A DNA stretch of 64,000 nucleotides, taken from positions 900-64,899 of IMG/VR virus record IMGVR_UViG_3300045919_000097, one strand, 5' to 3'. The DNA is from a virus. Lineage: Duplodnaviria > Caudoviricetes. The notes beneath the pieces were generated by a model, which was not told where the DNA came from, made no database searches, and saw nothing but the letters and a program-made list of their open reading frames with translations. This document shows, piece by piece, positions 47,025 through 56,038 of this stretch; within the stretch, counting starts at the first letter, position 1, and each line of letters starts with the position of its first letter. Both the position numbers and the translations under genes were made by a program.

Positions 47025-47779
47025 TTGCGGCAGACCCAAAGGTTGTTCCGGGCATCATCTGGGTAGAGTGGTGCAAAGAGGCAAGAGATTGCATCATTGT
47101 CGTAATATTGTTCCAGCGCCTTACGGACCTCAACAATAGCAGCTTTGGAGGCTCTGTCCGTCTCCGCCTTCCCGATATGCTTGATGTCCATGAAGGTGCC
47201 GTAACGTTTTTCGACTGTGAACCCAGCCTTCTCAGTAGCTTTCTGGAGTTCGGGGACAGTGTACTCGTGAATATGGTTCGCTGCATGGCGCACTCCATCG
47301 TAGCAAGGTGTTGACATCAGCATGATGCCGCCAGGTTTGAGAGCTGCAAAGCAAGCTTTGAGCATCTTTGCTCCGTGCTCTACCTTCATGTGCTCAATGA
47401 CCTCGAAGTGAACCACAATGTCAAAGCCACCAGCGTTTTCACCTTTGAGGAGCTCTTTGTAGCGCTCAACAAAGTTGAATTCACCGAGGAAGTTCAAGCG
47501 TCCAGCATTCGATGGCTTGAGCTTGTTCAGATCAACGCCAGTGTAATGCAAGACATGGGGAGCAGCACCTCCGGTCAGGATTTTGCTCAACGGTTTGTCC
47601 TCACCGCATCCGATTTCAAGGACGCGGTCTTTGACAGTGATGAACCGTCGAGCATAGCTCCAGCGCCAGAAGTGCGCAGAGTAATCACGACCCAGCGTTT
47701 TCCCATGCCCATTGGCGTGGAGCTGAGTCGTGTCGTAGTCGCGATCGTCGCGATTCTTTTCTTTACGGGTGGTAGCCAT
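47021..47779 (-). CDS. class I SAM-dependent methyltransferase (not a canonical DNA MTase)
   Basis: VLEIGCG, YTGVD, FEVIEHM, LKPGG...STP; no PC or DPPY motif. Confidence 0.85.
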   Translation of the reverse strand: MATTRKEKNRDDRDYDTTQLHANGHGKTLGRDYSAHFWRWSYARRFITVKDRVLEIGCGEDKPLSKILTGGAAPHVLHYTGVDLNKLKPSNAGRLNFLGEFNFVERYKELLKGENAGGFDIVVHFEVIEHMKVEHGAKMLKACFAALKPGGIMLMSTPCYDGVRHAANHIHEYTVPELQKATEKAGFTVEKRYGTFMDIKHIGKAETDRASKAAIVEVRKALEQYYDNDAISCLFAPLYPDDARNNLWVCRK

Positions 47780-47816
47780 TATTGGTGGGTCCTCAGCAGA
47801 GTTTTTCCACGCAGGC

Positions 47817-48425
47817 TTACTTGGCGTCGGGCGGATTCATGCCCTTCTTGGTCAGATCCTTACGGTACCAAGCAACGTAGCTGCGCTTGTTGTCGTCCAG
47901 GCCAAACTTGGCTTGTACTTTCTCGAAGATCTTGTTGTCGGTCAGCTTGTCATCCATGATCAATTGCTTGAACAGGGCAGCAGCAGTCTCGGCTGGGACC
48001 TTCTTCTCAGGTGCGCCGTCAGCAGATGCTTTTGCAGCAGTCTTTTTGGCGGCGGGTTTTGCTGCAGCAGACTTTGCGGCAGGCTTTTCCGTTTTAGCAG
48101 CGGACGCTTTTTTGGCAGTTGCCATTTGGATTTCCTTAGGGGTCAGTTTAACAAGGCGGCCGAGTTCTTCCAAGGCCTCCGCGGATGCCCCGACAGACAT
48201 TGCATACTGTGCATAAAGCGCAGCGCAGCGTTCCGGCGGGTAATCAGTAAGCTGTTGGTACAACTCACTGAATGCTTTACTGGGCATTGATTCAACATTG
48301 AAGCCGTTCTCAATGCTCAGCGGAATGAATTCTACAGTGCTTCCACCGCGTAGTGCTAAGCACGTGCGGCGCTGCAGATCTGCACAAACGGCAGGAAATT
48401 TGGTGACTGGAGACAGTTTTGACAT
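47817..48425 (-). CDS. Lys/Ala-rich histone-H1-like protein with C-terminal helical (AWYR) domain; probable internal start at 48125
   Basis: MATAKKASAAKTEKPAAKSAAAKPAAKKTAAK preceded by TAAGGAAATCCAA; C-terminus paralogous to 63577..63987. Confidence 0.7.
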   Translation of the reverse strand: MSKLSPVTKFPAVCADLQRRTCLALRGGSTVEFIPLSIENGFNVESMPSKAFSELYQQLTDYPPERCAALYAQYAMSVGASAEALEELGRLVKLTPKEIQMATAKKASAAKTEKPAAKSAAAKPAAKKTAAKASADGAPEKKVPAETAAALFKQLIMDDKLTDNKIFEKVQAKFGLDDNKRSYVAWYRKDLTKKGMNPPDAK

Positions 48426-48453
48426 TTGGTTCCTCAGCGTTGATGATGATCAT

Positions 48454-48462
48454 ATTGTATCA
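48454..48462 (-). promoter_or_regulatory. extended -10 promoter candidate (TGaTACAAT) for the modification operon
   Basis: TG-N-TACAAT ~30 nt before ATG 48425; -35 poor. Confidence 0.5.
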
Positions 48463-48466
48463 TGAT

Positions 48467-49948
48467 TTATGACCGCTTGCGCATCTTAGCATATTTTTGC
48501 AGTCCACTGAACAACGTCTTCTGGTCCTTGTCTTTCACGTGGAGCATATTCCATACGTACAAATCAATTGTGTTATCAGCAACAAAGACGTGGACAAAGA
48601 CCCGTTTGTTTTTGTTGCCTTGGCGGCGGACCCGGCGGATGAACTGGTCGTACACCTCTCCGTCCCATGTCAACGTGAACCACGCCACGTTGTTGCCGGC
48701 ATCTTGCAGATTCAGTCCGTGGCTCATGCCTTGCGGCTGTGCAAACAGTACATCAATTTCACCGTCATTCCATTTCTTTTCAAGATCTCTGAACTTGCTG
48801 GCTGGGTAGTCACTGGAAAAGACGGCTTTTGGGAATGCTTTGCGCAGACGCTCTTCCTCATGGGTAAACTCATAAGCCACAAGCAGCGGTTGGCCTTGCA
48901 GCTCATCGATGAGGTCTCCAAGTGCCACAATCTTTTCGTCATGCAGCTCCATCCACTCCCTGGACTTTTTTGGAGGCTGGAGCAGGTTAGTAACCTCAGG
49001 CGTCAAGAAGACCGCACCAGAGGCCATCTGACGGCACTTGCCCATGGCAACACCGGCATTCTTTGCTACCACCTTGCCTTCGTCTAGCTCAGCGATCAAC
49101 TTGTCTTCAAGCTTAAGGTAGTTCAGCAAAGCTTTTTCAGGAAGCTCCACACGGATGACGTTCTCTATGAGAGCAGGCATCTCAATGTAGTCTTCGGCAG
49201 CCATCCGCAAAACCAGTGGATTCAGCTTTTCAAAGATGAGTTCATCTGACCCAGGTTTCAAATCCCAGCCAAATCCATTCCATGATGGCGTGAAGTACGT
49301 CTTGTAGAAGTGGGTGATGTACTGTCCAAAGCTCCGGCCTTGGTCCAGCATGTAGGTCTGAGCAAACAAGTGGATGTAACCGTTAGCTGCTGGAGATCCC
49401 GTCAGGCCCCACCGCCTGTGGAACAGTCCAATGACCTGCTTCATTGCTTTGAACCGGTCAGATCCATGGTTTTTGAATGCGGTCAGCTCATCAATGACAA
49501 GTGTCCCAAAGCCAAGCGCCTTGACCCGCTTCATATCAACTGAGACGGCATTCTTTCCAGTCCGTGGCGACTTGACCTTGGTGACGCCAAACAACCATTC
49601 AAGGCCGGCTGGGTTGATGACGTAGATGTCAGCCTTCTCTTTCAGCAGAGCATCCTTGTTGGGTCCATGCAAGACCACAATCTTGAAGTCCTTAAAATCA
49701 AGCCACTTCTCTGCTTCTCCAGGCCACGTAGCATGAGCAACGCGCAGTGGAGCAATGATTAGTGTCTTATCTTCTTTTCCGGCCTTGTACAGTAGCTTCA
49801 AGGCTGCTAGTGTTATTGATGTCTTTCCCAGACCCGGATCTAAGAACAATGCTCCGGCTCCGTGTTCCAGCAGGAATTTGACTGCTTTCTTTTGATAGTC
49901 GTGCGGCTTCCACGGACTTGGCAAGCGTTTGAAGAGCTCTATCTGCAT
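48467..49948 (-). CDS. SNF2-family (SF2) helicase
   Basis: PHDYQ, LFLDPGLGKT, VIDE, LTGSP, HGLNLQ, QFIRRVRRQG. Confidence 0.9.
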   Translation of the reverse strand: MQIELFKRLPSPWKPHDYQKKAVKFLLEHGAGALFLDPGLGKTSITLAALKLLYKAGKEDKTLIIAPLRVAHATWPGEAEKWLDFKDFKIVVLHGPNKDALLKEKADIYVINPAGLEWLFGVTKVKSPRTGKNAVSVDMKRVKALGFGTLVIDELTAFKNHGSDRFKAMKQVIGLFHRRWGLTGSPAANGYIHLFAQTYMLDQGRSFGQYITHFYKTYFTPSWNGFGWDLKPGSDELIFEKLNPLVLRMAAEDYIEMPALIENVIRVELPEKALLNYLKLEDKLIAELDEGKVVAKNAGVAMGKCRQMASGAVFLTPEVTNLLQPPKKSREWMELHDEKIVALGDLIDELQGQPLLVAYEFTHEEERLRKAFPKAVFSSDYPASKFRDLEKKWNDGEIDVLFAQPQGMSHGLNLQDAGNNVAWFTLTWDGEVYDQFIRRVRRQGNKNKRVFVHVFVADNTIDLYVWNMLHVKDKDQKTLFSGLQKYAKMRKRS

Positions 49949-50192
49949 TTGTGTGTGTCTCCACTTGATACCCAAGGACTTTCAATTCGCGGTGTATTTC
50001 GGCTTGCTTGGGTTCCGGTACATAGCCTTCGCGCTTGAACTCAAACAATATTGGGCGACCACCTGGAAACCAGATGATGCGGTCTGGATACCCTGTGTCG
50101 CCCAATATACTGAGCTTGCTTACCTTAAGGCCGTAGCGGTTCCAAGCTTCGCGAACGAACTTGTTTTCCTCATCGACCTCTTTGTCTCTCAT
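49767..50192 (-). CDS. VRR-NUC nuclease
   Basis: GYPDR...FEFKR...Q...H. Confidence 0.85.
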   Translation of the reverse strand: MRDKEVDEENKFVREAWNRYGLKVSKLSILGDTGYPDRIIWFPGGRPILFEFKREGYVPEPKQAEIHRELKVLGYQVETHTNADRALQTLAKSVEAARLSKESSQIPAGTRSRSIVLRSGSGKDINNTSSLEATVQGRKRR

Positions 50193-50728
50193 TTCAACAC
50201 AACAGTGGGATTATGTGCAAGGATTTCGCGCAAGTGAAGAGCTTGGCTTATTGCATCGTCCAGTGCATTGTGGTACGTGCCAGTGCGGACAATCTTTGGC
50301 ACGTTTGGTGCAGTATTCTTGATGGTGCGATAGCACCGTCCGTTGTATGGGATCCATCCTTGTTTGACTCCAGCCGCTTTGTAGGCAGCTGCAAGAATGG
50401 CATTGTCAAAGTCAGCACCATTGCCCCAAACCTTGACGCCAGTAGCCTGGCTCAGGAACGTGTTGAATTCAGTCAGCACCTGGTTCAAGCTAACGTTGTC
50501 AAGCATGGCATCTGTGCGGACCTTGTTGGCCTCGATGCTTTGCTTGTCCCACCATTTGACCGTATCTGGGTCAATATGCAGGCCAGCTTCAATGCAGTTT
50601 TGAGTATTGACAACTTTGTAAAACCGTTCGCCAAGTTCAGACTCATCAAAAAACACAGCACCAATGCTGAGGATGACGCATCCAGGCACTACGCCAAGCG
50701 TCTCAAGATCTACCATTACATGTTTCAT
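50189..50728 (-). CDS. DEDDh 3'-5' exonuclease (Rv2179c/DUF5051-like)
   Basis: VMVDLET, SIGAV, WGNGADFD, HNALDDA. Confidence 0.9.
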   Translation of the reverse strand: MKHVMVDLETLGVVPGCVILSIGAVFFDESELGERFYKVVNTQNCIEAGLHIDPDTVKWWDKQSIEANKVRTDAMLDNVSLNQVLTEFNTFLSQATGVKVWGNGADFDNAILAAAYKAAGVKQGWIPYNGRCYRTIKNTAPNVPKIVRTGTYHNALDDAISQALHLREILAHNPTVVLK

Positions 50729-51150
50729 TAAATTCCCCTTGTTGATTCACCGACCAGCTCACCAGTGTTGGCACGCACTTGAACCGCACGGTCGTCGTAC
50801 AGTTCAATCATGCCATAGTCCTTGACACAGGTGATGGGCAAGATTTCACCGAGATGCTCTTTGCACCATGCTTGAATGGCAGTAATTGCCAAACCGCAGC
50901 CTTTGATACGTTCAGAAGGCAGGCCAACACCTGGGATAATTGCCCACTCACCATGAAATGCTGTTGGTGCTGCAAAGGCAACTGGAAACACACGGGCAGT
51001 GAAAATTCGCACATCACGGCCCTCAGCACGCCACTTCTTGACTAGTTTAACCATTGGCGCAATGGGCTCACCGCAATGCGACTCATGGACCCACTTGTCA
51101 TAGGTTGCCAGCGTACCATCAAAATCTACTCCAATCCATCCGTGACTCAT
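50728..51150 (-). CDS. HAD-family phosphatase
   Basis: VDFDGTL, FTAR, K, YDDRA. Confidence 0.8.
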   Translation of the reverse strand: MSHGWIGVDFDGTLATYDKWVHESHCGEPIAPMVKLVKKWRAEGRDVRIFTARVFPVAFAAPTAFHGEWAIIPGVGLPSERIKGCGLAITAIQAWCKEHLGEILPITCVKDYGMIELYDDRAVQVRANTGELVGESTRGI

Positions 51151-51159
51151 AATTCCTCC

Positions 51160-51888
51160 TTAGTACTTGCACAAACCAGGACCACCTTTGGCTTTGCCGC
51201 TTTGTCCATAAAAGCACCAGTGACATTTGTCATTGGGCTTAGCAACAAAGGATGTGTCGGCAAACATTGGTTTCACACGTTTTTCCCAAAGCTTTTTGAG
51301 CTTAGGAATGTCAGTGCGATCGTAAACTATTTCCTCATCCGGCATAGGATAAGTCATGCCTTGGTCAAGATACACAAGCCGAGGCTTCACGTATTCAATG
51401 TATGGATGCAAAAGCAATGCGGCCAGTGCGTACAACTGGAGCTGCTCAAGATATTCCTCATGCAGTTCTGCACGCATCTTGCCAGACTTCCAGTCAGTAA
51501 CAATCATGATGTTGTTGGCTTCGACGTGGGCAGCATCTAGCTTGATACGGACCCAGCACTTGACCCAGTTATTCCACTCAGTCCTGTCCCACGTATTGGT
51601 GAATGCCCAGTTGTCTTCAACCGTGATACCAACAGCACGCTTCTTGTAGAGCAGCCGTAGCTTCTTGAACTCATCAGCAAAGAGCTTGAGTTCTGCTGGC
51701 AGCTTTGTGATAACACCTTTGAGGTACTGCTCAGCCGTTGTGTGGATGTCAGCACCACGTTGCATGGCGTCGTTCTTTGGCTCTGCAATCTTCATCAAAG
51801 CCGAGAGCTTGAACTTTAGTGGACATTGTCTCCAAAGAGAGTACCGGCTGAAGCTCCAAGAAGTAACTTTCATTTTATCGGTTGCCAT
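51160..51888 (-). CDS. Cas4-like PD-(D/E)XK exonuclease (Fe-S)
   Basis: SWSFS...CP, G..IH, KLD, DWKSG, QLQLY, CHWC...C. Confidence 0.85.
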   Translation of the reverse strand: MATDKMKVTSWSFSRYSLWRQCPLKFKLSALMKIAEPKNDAMQRGADIHTTAEQYLKGVITKLPAELKLFADEFKKLRLLYKKRAVGITVEDNWAFTNTWDRTEWNNWVKCWVRIKLDAAHVEANNIMIVTDWKSGKMRAELHEEYLEQLQLYALAALLLHPYIEYVKPRLVYLDQGMTYPMPDEEIVYDRTDIPKLKKLWEKRVKPMFADTSFVAKPNDKCHWCFYGQSGKAKGGPGLCKY

Positions 51889-53791
51889 ATAGCAGTTTGC
51901 CTTTCTTGTCGTAATCAATCAAATCTGCCCATGACTTGTCAGACCATGAACCTTCACTGAGCATTGGGACGTCAAACTCAATGCCCTCCATCGTAACTCT
52001 CAGACGCTCCATGCTGTCCTTGATTGTCTTCTTAGGAACTGATGCCGTGAGCTGGTCATGGACATTGAGCAAGAGTCTCTCACCGGGTTTTTTAACTTTG
52101 TGCCAGCGGATGATGGCTTCTTTTGTGCAGTCTGCAGCTGAACCCTGGATCAACGCGTTTGGCAGCTTGTAGCTGAATTCCATTGTGCGGCCGTTGATCA
52201 TCTTAGGCTCTTCGCAATAGTATTCACGGCCACCCCACGTCTTGATTGGGATATTGTTCTTGGCACGTTGCTTCATGTCCTTGTACATGTCCTTGAGCCC
52301 TGGATACAGCAAAAGAATTGCTTTCTTGAGTTCGCCAGCGTCTTCGACTGACATGCCATTCTTCTCAGCTAGCTTGCCCACGCCCATGCCGTAAATCAAT
52401 CCCAAGTTGGTGTTCTTGACTGGCTTACGTTCATAGAACTTGCCCATTTTTTCCAGCTCAGCTTTGGCATAGTCGTGGAAGTCAATCCATGGATTCTCGT
52501 TGTATTTGTCCATGAGCTCACCACCATCGAAGTGAGCCAAGATCCGAGGTTCTTGCTGCGAGTAATCTCGGTCAATCAAGACGTCGCCATCCGTATACGG
52601 AATGACGTAGCTTCTGCATTGAGGTAAGTCTGGAAGATCCTTGAGCGGACACTTTGGCAGCTTAGGATCCTGATGGTGCCACAGGTTGTCAAAGTCCTTA
52701 GGCATGTTCATGAACCACGTTGCAGACAAGCGCCCGGTCCGTGTTCCTATGGCCGTAGCGCCTTCTGCCGATTTTGTCTGGTTCCAGCTTGTGAAGATGT
52801 ACCCGCCTGAATTAGAGGCCATTTCCATCCATGGGCCCATGAACGTACCAACGCACGTTTTCAAGCTGGTGCGGTACTTGAGCATGGCCAGAAGCACCTT
52901 GTCAGATACTCCTACAAGCAGCGCATCCTTGTTAGTCTGGTATTTGCCAGTAGCCGTCAGTGGCATGAGTTCTTCATCGACCTTGCCGGCAGCAATCATG
53001 GCTTTCATCAACTCATCGCCAGAATTCAGGTTGATGTCTGGTGGTGCCTTGAGCGTCTTGATAATCCAAGCATCGATTTTGTGCTGCCAAGCCGTGTAGT
53101 CCAGCACATCTTTGACCAGCCTCTTGTAATCGACACGGATGCCTTCGCGCTCCATGGACAGCAAGATGAGCATGAGCTCACGCTCACGGTTGTACGCGCT
53201 ATACATTCCACGCTCAACAATGCTTTCGTACAACTTCAGGAAAAGACCCTCGGTGCGGTCAGTATCGCCTTCAGCATATTTGCCCACAATGTCAGCTGGT
53301 GCAAACGCAATGTACTTACCAAAGTAGTGCTCAGAAGCCTTAGACTTGCTGATCTTTATATCTGGTATTGGCTGGTTCTCTAGGAGCCAGTCTCTGACCT
53401 CATCCTGCTCATCTGGAGACATAGAGAGGAGCCGTTCTGCAGACGGTTTAAGACCCAACTCAGTTTGGTTTGGATCATCTAGAAAGACCAGAAACAGGGT
53501 ATCGTGGATCTGTTGCCAAGGCAGCATGGGAAGGCCCATGTGGGTTTCAGCAACGTCTATATCAAACTTCCCGTTGTGGAAGATGACGCCATCATTGCTG
53601 TCCCAGACTTCTAGCAAAGCATCTCTGGCTTCGCCCCATGAGCAGTTGTTTCCAATGACGTGGCCCCAAGCATAGTACTTGGATTTCTTGCCGGGCTTTT
53701 TGATTGATACGCCGACTGGAACCGGAGGGTACACTGGTCGAGCCAGAATCCCCATCGTTTCAAAGTCTACGGTGGGTCTGGTGCTTTTCAT
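51875..53791 (-). CDS. family A DNA polymerase with 3'-5' exonuclease
   Basis: DFET, HNGKFD, YAEGD; TGRLS; motif A DYSQQEPR; motif B RKPVKNTNLGLIYG; motif C VHDQ. Confidence 0.95.
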   Translation of the reverse strand: MKSTRPTVDFETMGILARPVYPPVPVGVSIKKPGKKSKYYAWGHVIGNNCSWGEARDALLEVWDSNDGVIFHNGKFDIDVAETHMGLPMLPWQQIHDTLFLVFLDDPNQTELGLKPSAERLLSMSPDEQDEVRDWLLENQPIPDIKISKSKASEHYFGKYIAFAPADIVGKYAEGDTDRTEGLFLKLYESIVERGMYSAYNRERELMLILLSMEREGIRVDYKRLVKDVLDYTAWQHKIDAWIIKTLKAPPDINLNSGDELMKAMIAAGKVDEELMPLTATGKYQTNKDALLVGVSDKVLLAMLKYRTSLKTCVGTFMGPWMEMASNSGGYIFTSWNQTKSAEGATAIGTRTGRLSATWFMNMPKDFDNLWHHQDPKLPKCPLKDLPDLPQCRSYVIPYTDGDVLIDRDYSQQEPRILAHFDGGELMDKYNENPWIDFHDYAKAELEKMGKFYERKPVKNTNLGLIYGMGVGKLAEKNGMSVEDAGELKKAILLLYPGLKDMYKDMKQRAKNNIPIKTWGGREYYCEEPKMINGRTMEFSYKLPNALIQGSAADCTKEAIIRWHKVKKPGERLLLNVHDQLTASVPKKTIKDSMERLRVTMEGIEFDVPMLSEGSWSDKSWADLIDYDKKGKLLYGNR

Positions 53792-53994
53792 GCGTTGTTG
53801 ACTATTTCATGACGCTCACGGTGAGCGCGCAGGTAGTTGTAGCGTGAATGGATCCGCAGCATGATGGTGGTACTCTTGCGAGGCCCGGTCTTTTCTGCCT
53901 TGAGGAGACGCAAGCATTCAGCTTCGTCTGCAACGTTCATCAAATGCTGGTTGAGGTCTGCCCACGTTCGTAAGACTTCATCTTTGTGCTTCAT
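53788..53994 (-). CDS. hypothetical protein
   Basis: Coupled to pol; WADLN...LRIHSRY. Confidence 0.7.
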   Translation of the reverse strand: MKHKDEVLRTWADLNQHLMNVADEAECLRLLKAEKTGPRKSTTIMLRIHSRYNYLRAHRERHEIVNNA

Positions 53995-54485
53995 GGAGCT
54001 TCACCAGTTTGGGTATCACTTGCCATTGGCATTGATACTACGGTTGCTGGTACTCCATAGGAGTTATTGGGGCTTGGCGGTGTTGCAGGTATTGAAATAG
54101 GAGTGGTACCAGTTTGTACTGTTCTAAACGTTGGAGACTTGAACACCAGTTTCACAAGTTCGACAGCATCTTGGCGGCGCAGTTCTGCCAACTGAGCTTT
54201 AAGGTCTACAAGATCCATCTTTTGCTCACGCTCAATGACCTTATTCAGACGTTCATCAAGCTTGGCGTGGCACTCAATCTGAGTCAGCAAGTCTTTGTTT
54301 TTAGACTCAAGTTCTGTGATTCTTGATTCACGTAACTTGATAACACGCTGATCAGTTTCACGTTGCTCTCTAAGCAACTTAAGTTGTTCAAGCTCTTTGG
54401 CCAACACTTCGCCAACATGAGCTGGCAGTGTTTTCTTGATAATCAGGTGTATTTCTTCAGTCATATCAGTCATAGTCTTCTCCAT
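53991..54485 (-). CDS. hypothetical coiled-coil protein
   Basis: ORF fills operon; start could be the next ATG after GGAG. Confidence 0.65.
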   Translation of the reverse strand: MEKTMTDMTEEIHLIIKKTLPAHVGEVLAKELEQLKLLREQRETDQRVIKLRESRITELESKNKDLLTQIECHAKLDERLNKVIEREQKMDLVDLKAQLAELRRQDAVELVKLVFKSPTFRTVQTGTTPISIPATPPSPNNSYGVPATVVSMPMASDTQTGEAP

Positions 54486-54576
54486 CCTTTTAGAACCTCA
54501 CTGATCATGCCGGGTCATCAGCCCTGCCGTCGTCTTGATGAGGACTAAGCGTTACTACGCCAACCAGATCGGTTCT

Positions 54577-54604
54577 AAAAAGACCCTGAGTCGAAGCCCA
54601 GGGC
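54577..54604 (-). terminator. Rho-independent terminator after SSB-like gene
   Basis: Minus strand GCCCTGGG-cttcga-CTCAGGGT-CTTTTT. Confidence 0.75.
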
Positions 54605-54652
54605 AAAGTGGGACCCGTGCGCAATCGCAACAAGGTGTCCACAGGGAGGTAA

Positions 54653-55519
54653 TCAGTACTTGCGCTTGCTCACAACTTTTGCGGCAGGCTTGCCGGCAGC
54701 TGCTTTGCGCGAAACAGGACCGCGGACGGGCTTTTCTTCTTCCTCGTCAGAGATCTTATATGGAGACTCAATGGTCGCCGTTGCTTCGGTCTTGCGCTCC
54801 ATGATGACTGCCATCAATTCACTTGGCACGTTGCCCAGTGCTTCGAAGGTGACACGGAACTGGCTCTTGGCATCAGGCACGAGGCTGATCTTGGTGAAGA
54901 CACCTAGAGGAGGACGCTTCAAGGTAGTTGCCAATGTCTTGACGTATGCAGCATACGCTTTGACAGAGGTCACTGGGAGCTTCATGAAGCCAATTTCAGA
55001 TGCGCGGTAAGCATCTTCATCTTCTTCCGGTTCAAAGTCGCCAGCCTTATTGATGTTGCCAGCAGAGATCAAGCCAAGACGCCGGATGTTTCGGCATGCT
55101 TTGCCCTTGCCCTTGTCAGCGGTTCCAAACTCGTTCATGTCACAGCCCTTGCAGGCGTCAGACTGGTTGGTGCCGGTTTCAATGGTATTTTCGTGGGGAA
55201 CCATTTCGGATTCATCACGTCCAAATGCAAAGCACTTGGGACCTTTGGGTTCATCAGGGTCGTAGTCCGATCCGTAGTAAACGTTCTCAAGGATACTGTC
55301 CAAGACAATGGCAACCATTTCATTGCCTTTAATCGGAGAGTCATTCCACGTGAGGATGCCGCCTTTGGTGCTGAAGAAGTTTCCGGTCGAAGTGCTGGCT
55401 TCAACCTTTGCTGCAGCTTCGGCCTGCTTGGCAAGTTCTTCGTCCCAGTTTGCCACGGCACGTGATGTACTGGGCTTTGCTGCGGTTTTGGCCGCAGGCT
55501 TTGCTGTCTTAGTTACCAT
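54653..55519 (-). CDS. ssDNA-binding / annealing protein (putative)
   Basis: NVYY...PKCFA...CKGC..NEFGTA..GKGKACRN.RRL, LPVTS; replication-module position. Confidence 0.6.
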   Translation of the reverse strand: MVTKTAKPAAKTAAKPSTSRAVANWDEELAKQAEAAAKVEASTSTGNFFSTKGGILTWNDSPIKGNEMVAIVLDSILENVYYGSDYDPDEPKGPKCFAFGRDESEMVPHENTIETGTNQSDACKGCDMNEFGTADKGKGKACRNIRRLGLISAGNINKAGDFEPEEDEDAYRASEIGFMKLPVTSVKAYAAYVKTLATTLKRPPLGVFTKISLVPDAKSQFRVTFEALGNVPSELMAVIMERKTEATATIESPYKISDEEEEKPVRGPVSRKAAAGKPAAKVVSKRKY

Positions 55520-55607
55520 GAAGGTTCCTTAGTGGTCAGAGGTTAGTAGTAAGTTCCGGGCTTTCCTGGATGTCAACCTCAGAATCGCTGAGGTGCCGAG
55601 ATGCGTA

Positions 55608-56006
55608 CTATACCTTGTTCAGGGACAGCGTAACGACTTTGAACGGCTCCACGCCAGGAACCTTTTTGCCGGCTTCCCAGATCTCTTTGATGCCGCCAGG
55701 TGACAGCCGGTTCTGCATAAGATCCCAGCGCTTGCTTTTCACAATGTACGCATGGAAGGCATCAGCATCTGCAATCTGAGGTTCGTCGCGAGTCACAACA
55801 GTGACGCGAGCAATCTTGCCGGCAACGCCAGATGCTTCGGACTTTGGTAGCACTTCGATGATGTGAGCTTTCAAAGCTTTTTCTTCTGCTTCGACCTCAT
55901 CGACCAGCTTCTGGCCTACCAGCCGTTTTGCTTTCAGTTCATAGAGCTTGTCGGCGCATTCACCGATGGCCTTGGGGAATTTGTAAACTACTGTCTTGGT
56001 TGCCAT
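55608..56006 (-). CDS. conserved phage hypothetical protein
   Basis: ADKLYEL...WDLMQNRLS...VPGV; first gene after promoter. Confidence 0.7.
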   Translation of the reverse strand: MATKTVVYKFPKAIGECADKLYELKAKRLVGQKLVDEVEAEEKALKAHIIEVLPKSEASGVAGKIARVTVVTRDEPQIADADAFHAYIVKSKRWDLMQNRLSPGGIKEIWEAGKKVPGVEPFKVVTLSLNKV

Positions 56007-56038
56007 GTTGATCCTCAGCGTTGGTTGATGAAGGTTTG

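Noticed and set aside
47021-47779. Methyltransferase as a classical DNA adenine/cytosine MTase
   Set aside because: Lacks (D/N)PP(Y/F) and PC catalytic motifs
54505-54560. GCTGATGAC (fluoride riboswitch/hammerhead-like) and CTAAGCGTT (pistol-like) words
   Set aside because: Required partner elements (GGCGAUG...UCGCC, GAAA core, pistol P1-P3 order) are missing
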